From Minisyncoccota bacterium (GTDB taxonomy: Bacteria; Patescibacteriota; Minisyncoccia; Phycocordibacterales; UBA9973), in NCBI GenBank assembly GCA_031413715.1, contig JANOFO010000010.1:302-64301 (forward strand): a DNA stretch of 64,000 nucleotides, in the 5' to 3' direction. A program made the position numbers and the translations under genes. This document shows, piece after piece, positions 38,610 through 48,632 of this stretch. Numbering within the stretch: the stretch's first letter is position 1; every line of letters starts with the position of its first letter. The notes under the pieces are model-generated. The model ran no database searches. It saw nothing but the letters and a program-made list of their open reading frames with translations, and was not told the origin of the DNA.

Positions 38610-39188
38610 ATGATCGCCTATCTAGAAGGAATAATACAAAGTTTAAACGAGAAATATCTCATTATAAATGTGGGAGGTGTCGGATACAAGGTCTTTGTTG
38701 TGGCCGATACGCTCGGTTCATATACTGTGGGCAATAGGGCTACGCTCTCCATTTATACGGCTGTTCGAGAGAACTCAATAGATCTCTATGGCTTCGTCAC
38801 TATAGATGAAATGTCATTCTTTGAACTTTTGCTTGATGTCTCAGGTATCGGGCCAAAATCCGCACTTTCCATTATTGCTCTTGCGTCAATTGATACATTG
38901 AAGCGCGCCATCGCGACCGGTGATACAAGCTACTTGAATAAAGTCTCCGGTATAGGCAAGAAGACTGCAGAGAAGATCGTCATAGAACTGCGCGACAAAA
39001 TGAAGGCGCATAAAGGAGAAGAGGGCTCGTCAAGCACACTCCGCGGTGAGAGCGACATCGTTGAAGCTCTTAAATCACTCGGCTACTCTCAATCAGAAGC
39101 TCGCGATACATTGAGACAGATACCCCCTACTATCGAAGGAACGAATGCTCGCATTAAAGAAGCTCTTAAAATCTTAGGTGGAAAATAG
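38610..39188 (+). CDS. ruvA: Holliday junction branch migration protein RuvA
   Basis: GGVGY, VRE, LYGF, VSGIGPKSA, GIGKKTAEKI and ALKSLGY motifs. Confidence 0.96.
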   Translation: MIAYLEGIIQSLNEKYLIINVGGVGYKVFVVADTLGSYTVGNRATLSIYTAVRENSIDLYGFVTIDEMSFFELLLDVSGIGPKSALSIIALASIDTLKRAIATGDTSYLNKVSGIGKKTAEKIVIELRDKMKAHKGEEGSSSTLRGESDIVEALKSLGYSQSEARDTLRQIPPTIEGTNARIKEALKILGGK

Positions 39189-39200
39189 TTGATACTAAAT

Positions 39201-40136
39201 ATGCCTGAACTGCCAGAGGTTACAACTACGGTAAAAGGTTTACAAAAAGTCTTGCCAAGATTGGTTATTAAAAGTGTCTGGACTGATTTGGCAAAGAAAA
39301 ATCCTATAAAACAATTTAAAGAAACTGTTAAAAGCGAATTTTTCTTCAAAAAGTTTAAAAAGGAAGTAAGAGGTGCAAAAGTTCTAAATGTTGAACGTAG
39401 AGCGAAAAATATTCTAATCAACTTAGACAACAAAAATACCATTCTGATTCATCTAAAAATGACTGGCCATATCATCTATGGGAAATACAATTATGATAAA
39501 AAGACTAATAAATGGACCCCTGGTAAAAATGAGCGTGATGCCCTTCGCGATCCATACAATAGATTCATACATGTAGTGTTTTCACTTTCCAACGGAAAAC
39601 AGTTCGTACTTTGTGACTCCCGCAAATTTGGAAAGGTTACGATTATGCCCACGGATACTGCTCATGAAACTGTACATCTAAAAGGACTAGGTCCCGAACC
39701 TTTGGAGAAAGAATTCACATTCACTAAATTCAAAGAAGGTCTCCTAACAAAGCCAAATGGCTATATAAAAACAGTCCTTATAGATCAGAGTGTTATCGCA
39801 GGGATCGGCAACATTTACTCGGATGAAATGCTTTGGCTCTCAGGCATTCATCCTGAATCAAAACCAAAAAATATCCCAATCCCCCAACTAAAAATGCTTT
39901 ACGAGGCCATGAAGAAAGTGCTAAACAAGGGCATAGATTTTGGCGGCGACTCTATGTCTGACTATCGAGATATAAACGGCGAGAGAGGTAAATTTCAGAA
40001 CCATCACAATGTGTACAGAAAGAAGGGAGAGAGGTGTGGTAAGAAAAACTGCAAGAGTGTTATAATGAGAAAAGTTATTAATGGTCGCAGTGCGCACTTT
40101 TGTAATAAACATCAAAAATTGTATGAAAACAAATAA
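39201..40136 (+). CDS. mutM: Formamidopyrimidine-DNA glycosylase
   Basis: MPELPEV, RRAK, HLKMTG, GIGNIYSDE, C-terminal Zn finger. Confidence 0.95.
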   Translation: MPELPEVTTTVKGLQKVLPRLVIKSVWTDLAKKNPIKQFKETVKSEFFFKKFKKEVRGAKVLNVERRAKNILINLDNKNTILIHLKMTGHIIYGKYNYDKKTNKWTPGKNERDALRDPYNRFIHVVFSLSNGKQFVLCDSRKFGKVTIMPTDTAHETVHLKGLGPEPLEKEFTFTKFKEGLLTKPNGYIKTVLIDQSVIAGIGNIYSDEMLWLSGIHPESKPKNIPIPQLKMLYEAMKKVLNKGIDFGGDSMSDYRDINGERGKFQNHHNVYRKKGERCGKKNCKSVIMRKVINGRSAHFCNKHQKLYENK

Positions 40137-40329
40137 AGGCCTACCCGCAATACCTACGCGAGCAAGGCAGGCGGGAGAGATGGATTTCCTTATGATGATT
40201 CTTGGATTCCTCGTACTTATATTTATCTTATGGGTCCTTTCCGGGGGTCAGAATAATGAAAGCAGCAAAAAGCCTTTTATAACACCGGGCAATGACGAAG
40301 AAGTTCCTCTGCAACCGTACGGCCGCTAA
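40123..40329 (+). CDS. Small single-TM protein with in-frame palindromic insertion
   Basis: MKTNKG-LPAIPTRARQAG-EMDFL followed by a TM helix. Confidence 0.55.
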   Translation: MKTNKGLPAIPTRARQAGEMDFLMMILGFLVLIFILWVLSGGQNNESSKKPFITPGNDEEVPLQPYGR

Positions 40330-40817
40330 GGTCTTAATATTCTAAACAAAGCCACTCCTGCTGCGACTGCGACATTGAGCGATTCTTTTTTGCCATGCAT
40401 TGGGATTTCAGCGATGATATCGCACTCTTTTAATATTTTTTTGTCTAGGCCTTCAACTTCTGGGCCAAGGATGATTGCAATATTCTCTTTTGTTTTTATC
40501 TTGCGATAATCTTTAGATTTCTGATCTTGTTCGATCGCGATAATTGTAAAATTTTCTTTTTTAAGTTGCTTTATGAGTGGAGAGAGAGTTTTCTTGTATT
40601 CCCAAGGAATCCATGTCTCAGCCCCGAGAGCACTCTTTTGTATATCTTTTTGAACTCTTCCAAATCTATCAGTAGGTCTAGGGGTCACTCCTACGAGATA
40701 TATCTTGGATATACCTACAGCATCAGCAGTCCGGAAAATCGCCCCGACGTTTATCGCAGAGCGAATATCGGGGAGGATGAGGACAGAAGTGAATTTATTA
40801 GAGGATTGTGTTTTCAT
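40326..40817 (-). CDS. TrmH/SpoU family RNA methyltransferase
   Basis: DIRSAINVGAIFRT, GPEVEGL and IPMHGKKESLNV motifs. Confidence 0.93.
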   Translation of the reverse strand: MKTQSSNKFTSVLILPDIRSAINVGAIFRTADAVGISKIYLVGVTPRPTDRFGRVQKDIQKSALGAETWIPWEYKKTLSPLIKQLKKENFTIIAIEQDQKSKDYRKIKTKENIAIILGPEVEGLDKKILKECDIIAEIPMHGKKESLNVAVAAGVALFRILRP

Positions 40818-40854
40818 TAAATCAGTTTAGAATAAGTTGGGTAGTTTTCCTTAA

Positions 40855-41739
40855 TTATTTTTTATAGGAAGAATTTATTTTCCACACACCTTTTTCGCGA
40901 AAGGCAGGGATCGTCTGTCGTTTCCCGGCATTAATAAGACTCGCCAGCGCCAATGAATGTTTTTTTGCATATTCGGCCAAAGTAATTATCTGAGATCCTT
41001 CTAAATATGCAATCCTTTTGTGTAACCCTTCAGCAAGAGCCAAGTATAGAACTTGCTCCATCTGTTTGGCTGATTTTGTATCTCTGAAATACGAGAAGGT
41101 TTTATAATAAATCTGCTTTTCTTTATCACGGATAATGATATTGGGGTATCCAAATTCTTGAAGTTGTAAATTTATCAGCACTCTACCAATGCGTCCATTG
41201 CCATCACAAAATGGATGGATAGTTTCAAACTGTAAATGAAAATATGCGATCTTTGTGAGTATATTCGCACTATGATTTTCTTTGTACTCATTAAGCAATA
41301 CTTCAATCATCCGTACCACATGTTCTGGAGCTGGAGCAATATGTTTACCAACACGTACATATTCTCCATGCTTTCGAAACCGACCTGCGATAGAGTCATC
41401 AATGCCACCTATGAGCAAGCCATGAATGAAAAGTATTATCTCTTTGTTTAGAACAATACTATCTTTTTTGACTTTGATATATTCATATACTCGAGCAAGG
41501 TTCTTCGCTTCAAATACCTCACGTAGTGAATAGTTTTTTGAAACTTCTAGATCAAGAAGGATTTTCTCAGTATCAGAAAGTGTCAATGTGCTATTTTCGA
41601 TAGCATTTGAGTTATATACTGACTCTGCAACTTCTACTTCCTCGAGCACAGTCAAAAGTGAGCCCTTTCCTTTTTTAAGAGCGTCATATTCTTTCTTTAA
41701 ACTTAAAATAGTTTGAATCTTTTTAGGAATGGTAGTCAT
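40855..41739 (-). CDS. Fic family protein
   Basis: SNAIEN and HPFCDGNGRIGR motifs, C-terminal HTH-like tail. Confidence 0.92.
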   Translation of the reverse strand: MTTIPKKIQTILSLKKEYDALKKGKGSLLTVLEEVEVAESVYNSNAIENSTLTLSDTEKILLDLEVSKNYSLREVFEAKNLARVYEYIKVKKDSIVLNKEIILFIHGLLIGGIDDSIAGRFRKHGEYVRVGKHIAPAPEHVVRMIEVLLNEYKENHSANILTKIAYFHLQFETIHPFCDGNGRIGRVLINLQLQEFGYPNIIIRDKEKQIYYKTFSYFRDTKSAKQMEQVLYLALAEGLHKRIAYLEGSQIITLAEYAKKHSLALASLINAGKRQTIPAFREKGVWKINSSYKK

Positions 41740-41886
41740 AAATTAATAAGTTTATTATAGTCTATTTACGTTAAATAGTCAAGTAAAACGTAAATTTACT
41801 CTAAAATCAATACATATTTACGTTTTCCTAAACTGGAAGTCTTATATAATAAGCTGTTATTTATCGAGGCTGTGAAGAAGAGGAGT

Positions 41887-43653
41887 TTAGATTACTTCTT
41901 GTTGATAACAACCTTCACAATAGACAATTTCTGGTCGATTCGATTCATAACTTGTCTGAAACTTATTTGGACATCTATTTTCATGATTATGTTTCAAAAC
42001 TTCACACATACATTGTCTACTCCAGAGTTGAATTGGGTTTCTAAGTTGTACTCTATCGTTATGTCTACTGTTAGGACATTTACGAGGAATAGGTAAATTC
42101 ATTCTTTTGTAAAAAGATAACTCCTGAGGAAGGATTTTAAATGCTTTTGTGCAGTTATGATTCATAGCTTGCACTGAATCCGTATCCCAAGATTCACATA
42201 ATATAATGTCATTGATTATATTATCTTCTGTTTCTTTTATAGTATATGGTAATTCGTTCCATGACTTAGTAGGGGTATAATTCTTCTCTCCTGTTTCTTT
42301 CCATTGATACCCCTTATTTTGTGCTTCATTTTTATCTAATGGGAAAAACTCTTGCGCAGTGGATTCATTATACGAAAATGAAGAAAGTTCCAATGGGAAG
42401 AATTCTCCATACTGATATTCTCGTCCGTATGAATCAATATAAGGCATATCTTTCATATGTTGGCGAATTTTAGGTACTAATTCATCATATTCTTCCTTAG
42501 AATATTGTTTATTCAAAATACAGTACTGCTTTCCTCGTACTCCGATACAGCCAAATAAATGGGCAGAACTTGCTATACCGTAGCAATACTCTACATCGCG
42601 AACATTTGAAACTGCCTGCACTGTAAACCTGACATTTGCACCGCCATCGCCAAGCAATAGTGTTTCATATACCATTTCAACATTTTCTCCATACTCAGTA
42701 TAGTCATAACAGTCTCTTGAAGTTTTTGTGCTTGCAAATTGACAGTATTTGCAATCTTCAGCACCAACCATCTCATAAGACACAAGGGTATTTTTAGAAT
42801 TCTGTATATAGTCACCAGAACTATTTACATTATTTCTACTATGCATGTACTTCTGTGGATACTTTAGCCAGAGTTCTTGGGCTTCTTTATAATACTTCTG
42901 GATATTTTGGTAATTTGATAAGTCTAATTCTTTCAGTTTCTCTTCGTAATCCTCTTTTGAATACTGCTGATTAAAAATACAATATTTTTGATTTCGTAGA
43001 TTTACACACCCTACGCAATCTGTACAGTTCATGCAATTCTTTGAAAAGTAGATGTTTGAACATTCTTCACAATCCACTGAGTATAAATTTTTGTAGCCTT
43101 TTGTAATGTTTACTGACTCATAACACAAGTCTGATTTTTGGAGCATTAACACATCTTGACTGTCATTGGACATCTTTAATCCACTAGCATACATGCACCT
43201 CTCATTATGATCAGCATGGAATACCATATAACAATTCTTGAGATATCCGGCAAGATTATTATAATCACTATCAACAATAGTCTGATAATGAAGAAAAAGA
43301 CTTTGTACTGCCGCTTTTTCTTGCAATTCTTTTAACTGTTCAAAGAAAGGTTTTGAGAAATCGTAATTTGTTCCACTCTCAAGTTGATCCCAATTATCAC
43401 TCCACCAACATGCAGGACAGAAGACTTTTCTATTTACATTTGGTCCATACACAGAAAGTATGTCCTTATTACAGAGTCCACAAATACGTTTATATAAATA
43501 GCGTTCATTTCGAAAGACTAGTCTTCTTACAAGTCTGCATTCCGGACACCATGTTGGTGAAGGAACTTTTATCTTTTCGTAAAATGAAAAATCATCAGAC
43601 TCAATATTAAAGGAATTTTTACAGTTTTGGCAGTTCCGAGTTTTTTGATCCAT
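41887..43653 (-). CDS. Cys-rich CxxC-repeat protein (paralog of 4050..5804)
   Basis: Same N- and C-terminal motifs and similar length. Confidence 0.85.
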   Translation of the reverse strand: MDQKTRNCQNCKNSFNIESDDFSFYEKIKVPSPTWCPECRLVRRLVFRNERYLYKRICGLCNKDILSVYGPNVNRKVFCPACWWSDNWDQLESGTNYDFSKPFFEQLKELQEKAAVQSLFLHYQTIVDSDYNNLAGYLKNCYMVFHADHNERCMYASGLKMSNDSQDVLMLQKSDLCYESVNITKGYKNLYSVDCEECSNIYFSKNCMNCTDCVGCVNLRNQKYCIFNQQYSKEDYEEKLKELDLSNYQNIQKYYKEAQELWLKYPQKYMHSRNNVNSSGDYIQNSKNTLVSYEMVGAEDCKYCQFASTKTSRDCYDYTEYGENVEMVYETLLLGDGGANVRFTVQAVSNVRDVEYCYGIASSAHLFGCIGVRGKQYCILNKQYSKEEYDELVPKIRQHMKDMPYIDSYGREYQYGEFFPLELSSFSYNESTAQEFFPLDKNEAQNKGYQWKETGEKNYTPTKSWNELPYTIKETEDNIINDIILCESWDTDSVQAMNHNCTKAFKILPQELSFYKRMNLPIPRKCPNSRHNDRVQLRNPIQLWSRQCMCEVLKHNHENRCPNKFQTSYESNRPEIVYCEGCYQQEVI

Positions 43654-43698
43654 ATATTTATTATAGCAATTAATTACAGTTTGGGTCAGTAAAAACTA

Positions 43699-43895
43699 CC
43701 TCGGTAGGATATCTCGGCTACCGCCACGGGATTGGGAAAAGGTTTTCGATTCCTACACACGAGACGCGTAGGTGTCTCACTCGAGGGCACAAATATATTT
43801 CTTTTGTGGTCAGGCATAGTTTTCTGCTGAAAACTTGCACGACCCTGGCTCGGCACGTCTGCCTCCGCCCGGCACAAAAGTGTCCCACACTTTTG
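43699..43895 (-). repeat. tRNA-trailing structured element, copy C
   Basis: Hairpin module, inverted tRNA-Lys 3' copy with a 25-nt insert (43757-43781), direct copy at 43699-43709. Confidence 0.75.
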
Positions 43896-43968
43896 TGCCC
43901 TCGGTAGGAATCGAACCTACGACCATCTCCTTAAAAGGGAGCTGCTCTACCAACTGAGCTACGAGGGC
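43896..43968 (-). tRNA. tRNA-Lys(TTT)
   Basis: gccctcg/cgagggc acceptor, cttttaa loop, gtagg-ttcgatt-cctac T arm. Confidence 0.94.
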
Positions 43969-44061
43969 ATATAATACTATCCCGATTAGACAAAAATACC
44001 ATATTTAAAGGATTTAATCAATTTATCCACATCCATCCTTGTGGAGAATTAATTTAGGTTG

Positions 44062-44277
44062 TATAATGTACGTAAGTTGTTTTGTTATAAAGACTTTCCA
44101 AATCTCGCCCTGATCAAAAGGGTTCATATCGTTTTGGGAAAGGATTATATACGATTAGTTATTCAGCACTATTTTTAGATAGAGAGTGCGCAATGTTCTT
44201 TCTTTAAAAAGCCAAAAGGCTTAGGAGCTATTTCTCAAAAATTCTTTGAGGGCTTGCTCCTAAGCCTTTTCTTTTTG
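44062..44277 (+). ncRNA. Candidate structured small RNA
   Basis: TATAAT at 44062, internal helices, 15-bp stem plus T-run at 44214-44277, no sizeable ORF. Confidence 0.4.
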
Positions 44278-44367
44278 TCTAAAATGGAGTTATACTTAAT
44301 ACGTAATCGCTAGATATGATTGAGTAGTTTACTTGATGTCACATTATTAATTAATTTTATATAATAT

Positions 44368-44520
44368 ATGCTTACTACAATTGCAGTTATTCTTATTATT
44401 TTATGGTTACTTGGTATAATAACTTCCTATACTATTGGAGGTTTCATACACGCACTTCTCGTAATAGCAATTATTATTTTGCTTGTGCGCGTTATCAAGG
44501 GCAAAAACCCTGTAGCGTAA
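44368..44520 (+). CDS. lmo0937/DUF5670-like small membrane protein (not in ORF track)
   Basis: MLTTIAVILIILWLLGIITSYTIGGFIHALLVIAIIILLVRVIKGKNPVA. Confidence 0.85.
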   Translation: MLTTIAVILIILWLLGIITSYTIGGFIHALLVIAIIILLVRVIKGKNPVA

Positions 44521-44550
44521 AGTTTCCATACTTCACTTCTAGTATGTCAC

Positions 44551-45186
44551 TTATTTAGACAAGGAGGAAAGAATGAATTGTTCAAGCCCTACAACAAAGT
44601 CAGCCTCGCCTCTATGAGAGAGGTGGTAGAGCGATACGAGTTCGCTTGACTGTCGCTTGAGACTCTCTGATGAAAATGTTTTGGTTCCATTTTGTATCAT
44701 ATTTTTTATTTTCCAGAAAAGTATGCCTGAAATCGGCTCCGGATCCACTCCTTTTGTTATAGCTTCTCTGTAGAGTATCCAGGTGTCGATTTTATCTCCC
44801 CGGCTGAATGCATCGGCTATGGAAAAAGTGTTAAATTTCAAGGATGCAGGAGAACTCTTCTCATCAAAGCGCTCAATTGTAGCGTACTTTGCGTACTTCT
44901 TATCGCTAGAACTGAGGAGCTTATCTTCAAGCAAGATAAATACTGCGGGCGAATCTTTTAGCTCTGTAAGTAATTTAGTTGAAGGAGTAATTTCACTTTG
45001 TGTTATAAAATTCTCCATTACGAATATTTGTGAGTCGCCAAAAAGACTCGCACTCGAAGCATAGGCAGTAAGTACGTCTTCTGATATGTCAGATAATGAA
45101 ATAAACGTAGGAGAGTTTGGATGGGCTACGGATTTTAAGCGTGAGTTTTTTTTCTTTGTATCATTACCAACAAAAATATAGATCAT
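44551..45186 (-). CDS. holA: Short DNA polymerase III delta (HolA)-like protein
   Basis: MIYIFVG.D, SLFGD, FN.F.IADA and LEQFIL motifs. Confidence 0.6.
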   Translation of the reverse strand: MIYIFVGNDTKKKNSRLKSVAHPNSPTFISLSDISEDVLTAYASSASLFGDSQIFVMENFITQSEITPSTKLLTELKDSPAVFILLEDKLLSSSDKKYAKYATIERFDEKSSPASLKFNTFSIADAFSRGDKIDTWILYREAITKGVDPEPISGILFWKIKNMIQNGTKTFSSESLKRQSSELVSLYHLSHRGEADFVVGLEQFILSSLSK

Positions 45187-45680
45187 AGCCAAGCGCTAAC
45201 CTTTTTCTTGTAATCAAGATAATCCTGTCCGTATTTCTTCTCGAGGAGAATTTCTTCTTTTTTAAGAAAAATAAATTTTGTAATGAGTGAAGCAATGACC
45301 ACAAGGATAATAGAAAATAGTGAATTAAGAACAAAAGCAAGCCCGAGTGTCATAATAGTAAGCCCAATATGCGTGGGATTGCGGCTATATTTATAAGGAC
45401 CACAGGCAAAATTGCGCTTGGAAGATTCTTCTTGTGCCATTTTTTCTTTAGAACAACTTGAAGCATGTTGTGCCCAATAAATCAGGATAGAGCCTAGAAG
45501 GATCAAAATGGCCCCTATTTGCTGATAAATATAGTCTGCAAAAATACTTATCGGAATCACAATATCAAAAACAAGCCCCAGTATTACAGCAAAAAAGAAC
45601 ATGGTGTACGAATGAGAGAGTATTATATGTACCATCCCTTCGCGACCCGATTCCTTTGTGTTTTTTTCTTCTCCTATCAT
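45183..45680 (-). CDS. Isoprenylcysteine carboxylmethyltransferase/PEMT family protein
   Basis: GPYKYSRNP and EE..L...YG..Y..Y motifs. Confidence 0.85.
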   Translation of the reverse strand: MIGEEKNTKESGREGMVHIILSHSYTMFFFAVILGLVFDIVIPISIFADYIYQQIGAILILLGSILIYWAQHASSCSKEKMAQEESSKRNFACGPYKYSRNPTHIGLTIMTLGLAFVLNSLFSIILVVIASLITKFIFLKKEEILLEKKYGQDYLDYKKKVSAWL

Positions 45681-45722
45681 ATATGGTTAATCCTACCACT
45701 CGGGGCATCTTTCCGCTACCCT

Positions 45723-48131
45723 TTATAAATCTCCCCACGTTTTGCCAGAGACAAAGGAAACTTCAATCGGAACTGGCTCTAGATTGGCTAAGAATTCGTT
45801 TGGAATTGCATGTTTCATGGCCTCTTCTATGATAGATACAGCTTCAGAAAGCTTTTCCTCTTTGACTTCATAGACCAGTTCATCATGCACCTGCAGAATC
45901 AGATGAGCATGCTCGGAGAGTCCTCTTTTTTTCAAATTATCTTCCGCCTGCTTCATCCCAATTTTGATAATATCAGCCGTGGCAGTCCCTTGAATCGGAG
46001 CATTCACTGCCATCCGCTCAGTCATCGCTTTAATAAATGGAATAGACGAGCGGATCCCAGGAAAGTAGCGTTTACGTCCGAACAGCGTCTCTGTGTAGCC
46101 ATGTGATTTGGCAAAATTTTTGATGCTTTCGAGATACGCTGCGATCGTGGGAAATTCTGAAAAGTAATTATCGTAGAAAATTTGTGCTTCTTTTCGGTCA
46201 GTGCCAAGATTAGCACGCAGGGCGTTTACCCCCATGCCGTACAGTATGCCGAAGTTTATAACCTTTGCGCGCCTACGCATATCGTACGTAACTTCGCTCT
46301 CAGAAACTCGGAAAACTTTCATCGCAACTGCTGTGTGAATATCTTTCCCTTCTTTAAAGGCTTTTATGAAGTATGGATCTTGTGACAAGAGTGCTGCCAC
46401 TCGAAGCTCAATCTGCGAGTAGTCAAAAGACACCAGAAGAAATCCTTTTTGAGCGATGAATGCATGGCGGATATTCTTGCCGAGTTCTGTCTTGATAGGG
46501 ATATTTTGTAAATTAGGATTGTGGGAAGAGAAGCGACCTGTCGTCGAGCCTGCGGGGATAAAATGGGCATGCAACCGGCCATCGCTTGAGACTTGATTAG
46601 GTAGCGTATCTATATATGTAGAGAGTAGTTTTTGTAATTCACGGTATTTTATAATCTCGCTTGCAATTGGGTGCAATTGGCGAAGCTTTTCAAGCTCGCT
46701 CTCTCGAGTTGACCTCGCGCCACCTGCACTTTTCTTCATGCCTTTTGCTGAGAGCTTGAGTTCGTCAAAGAGAACTTCCGCAAGCTGCTTGGGTGAATTG
46801 ATATTGAATTCCCTGCCACCCATTTTCCAAATACTTTTTTCTATTTTAGTGAGTTCATGGTGATATTCTTTGGATAATTTCTTGAGATATTCTACATCGA
46901 CTTTAATCCCATTCTTTTCCATATTTTCTATAATGGGAATAAGCGGAACTTCAATCTCTTTATAGACATAGGTGAGCCTTTCTTTCTCTATATCAGACTC
47001 TAGTTTTTTGAAGGCTTCATCCAGGGAATTACTGCCTTTATAATGAATAACATCATCGAGACTTGGATCAGTGCGCTCAGAGTTGAGTAACCAAAAGGCA
47101 ATTTTGGCTTTAGCTATTGTATATTTATCTTCTTTAGAATATGAATCTTCCGATATCTTTTCTTCTGTCGAAGTTGCAGTAACCTCAGTATCGGTAGTTG
47201 CTGTGTCTTTGTCTATTATAGCGAGAAATCTATTTTGTAAACTTTTAAATTCAACATCGCGGAAAAATCCAGCAGCCTCTTCTTTGTCCACTGTGTCCTG
47301 CCATCTATTTTTGGGTAATGCGAACGTAATAGGCGCATCGCGACGGATCGTCGCCAATGTTTTAGAGAATAGTGCTTCATCCTCCCCATCCTTTAGTAAA
47401 TTAAAAACTCTTTCAGTGATTCCAAGCGCGCGAACTTTTTCTGCGCTTTTTTTTATAGCTTGGTACATCTTCTCTATGGTTCCATACTCTACGATAAGGA
47501 TTGTGGCTGTCTTCTCGCCAATTCCTTTAATGCCAATAATATTATCAGATGGATCACCGCGGAGCCCTTTGTAGTCGGGCAAGTATTTTGGTTCGAAGCC
47601 AAATCGCTCTTTGACTTTTTCTTCATTATATAAAATAGTATCGTTGATCCCCTTCTTGAGTGTATAGACGCGAACTTTGTCATCATCTACAAGTTGAAGT
47701 GTATCCATGTCCCCTGAGGCGATAATGACATCAATATTTTTTTTGTCTCTCATTTGCTCGGTGATAGTGCCGAGTAAATCATCAGCTTCAAAACCTTCAC
47801 ACTCATACATGGGGATAGAAAAAGCTTTAAAGAAATCTCTTGAACGGATAATCTGCGCGATTAAAGCATCGTCAGTTTTCGCACGACCAGCTTTGTAATT
47901 ATCATAGACTTCATGACGGAATGTCTTCTTGGGCAAGTCAAAACAGGCCACAATATAATCGGGCTTGAGTTCAGTAACAATTTTGAAAAGCATGGTCGTC
48001 AAGCCATAGAGCGCGCCAGTTGGCTCGCCTTTGGAATTGGAAAACTCTGGCAAGGCATGATACGCCCGGTGGATAATCGCATGAACATCAAGCAAAACAA
48101 GCCTTTTATTTGTTGTTTTTTTGGCTCTCAT
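45723..48131 (-). CDS. polA: DNA polymerase I
   Basis: 5'-3' exonuclease (RAYHALP, EADD, GDPSDNI) and polymerase motifs DYSQIELR, RRRAKVINFGILYG, QVHDEL. Proofreading domain reduced. Confidence 0.96.
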   Translation of the reverse strand: MRAKKTTNKRLVLLDVHAIIHRAYHALPEFSNSKGEPTGALYGLTTMLFKIVTELKPDYIVACFDLPKKTFRHEVYDNYKAGRAKTDDALIAQIIRSRDFFKAFSIPMYECEGFEADDLLGTITEQMRDKKNIDVIIASGDMDTLQLVDDDKVRVYTLKKGINDTILYNEEKVKERFGFEPKYLPDYKGLRGDPSDNIIGIKGIGEKTATILIVEYGTIEKMYQAIKKSAEKVRALGITERVFNLLKDGEDEALFSKTLATIRRDAPITFALPKNRWQDTVDKEEAAGFFRDVEFKSLQNRFLAIIDKDTATTDTEVTATSTEEKISEDSYSKEDKYTIAKAKIAFWLLNSERTDPSLDDVIHYKGSNSLDEAFKKLESDIEKERLTYVYKEIEVPLIPIIENMEKNGIKVDVEYLKKLSKEYHHELTKIEKSIWKMGGREFNINSPKQLAEVLFDELKLSAKGMKKSAGGARSTRESELEKLRQLHPIASEIIKYRELQKLLSTYIDTLPNQVSSDGRLHAHFIPAGSTTGRFSSHNPNLQNIPIKTELGKNIRHAFIAQKGFLLVSFDYSQIELRVAALLSQDPYFIKAFKEGKDIHTAVAMKVFRVSESEVTYDMRRRAKVINFGILYGMGVNALRANLGTDRKEAQIFYDNYFSEFPTIAAYLESIKNFAKSHGYTETLFGRKRYFPGIRSSIPFIKAMTERMAVNAPIQGTATADIIKIGMKQAEDNLKKRGLSEHAHLILQVHDELVYEVKEEKLSEAVSIIEEAMKHAIPNEFLANLEPVPIEVSFVSGKTWGDL

Positions 48132-48139
48132 ACTAGTGA

Positions 48140-48574
48140 TTATAGCATTTTGATCATTCTTGTATTCTCTTTGTCGTGGGTGAGTTCTATATATATGGCA
48201 TTCTTTGGAATACATTCGGGCACATTTTCAGGCCACTCTACTATTATGAGATTATCCTTATCTTCGAGAAGTTGTACCCAACCAAGATGCAAAAGTTCCG
48301 AACCTCTACTAAGACGATAAGCATCGATGTGAGTTAATTTTTTGAAAACTGTATCTGTAGTATTATAACTTTTTATTATGACAAAGGTGGGTGAGGTGAT
48401 GTTCTCCTTTACTCCCAACTGCCGAGCGATTTCTTGAGTGAGAGTCGTCTTGCCACTGCCAAGTTCTCCTGATAAGGCAACTACCTTGGCAGTATTTAAT
48501 CCTGCCTTTTTGGCTTTACTGATCAGATCCTGTGCGACCTTGGGAAGTTGGTCGAGGGTGGTTGTCATCTTCAT
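48140..48574 (-). CDS. tsaE: t6A biosynthesis ATPase TsaE
   Basis: GELGSGKT, SPTF, HIDAYRL and VEW motifs. Confidence 0.95.
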   Translation of the reverse strand: MKMTTTLDQLPKVAQDLISKAKKAGLNTAKVVALSGELGSGKTTLTQEIARQLGVKENITSPTFVIIKSYNTTDTVFKKLTHIDAYRLSRGSELLHLGWVQLLEDKDNLIIVEWPENVPECIPKNAIYIELTHDKENTRMIKML

Positions 48575-48632
48575 CTTGACATACTAACACAAAATCCCAG
48601 AGCCAAGGCTCTGGGATTTTGCTAGAAATTTA

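Noticed and set aside
47071-47574. Long antisense ORFs over polA, copA, pilM, the PBP gene and others
   Set aside because: They are shadow frames of well-supported genes and have no motifs.
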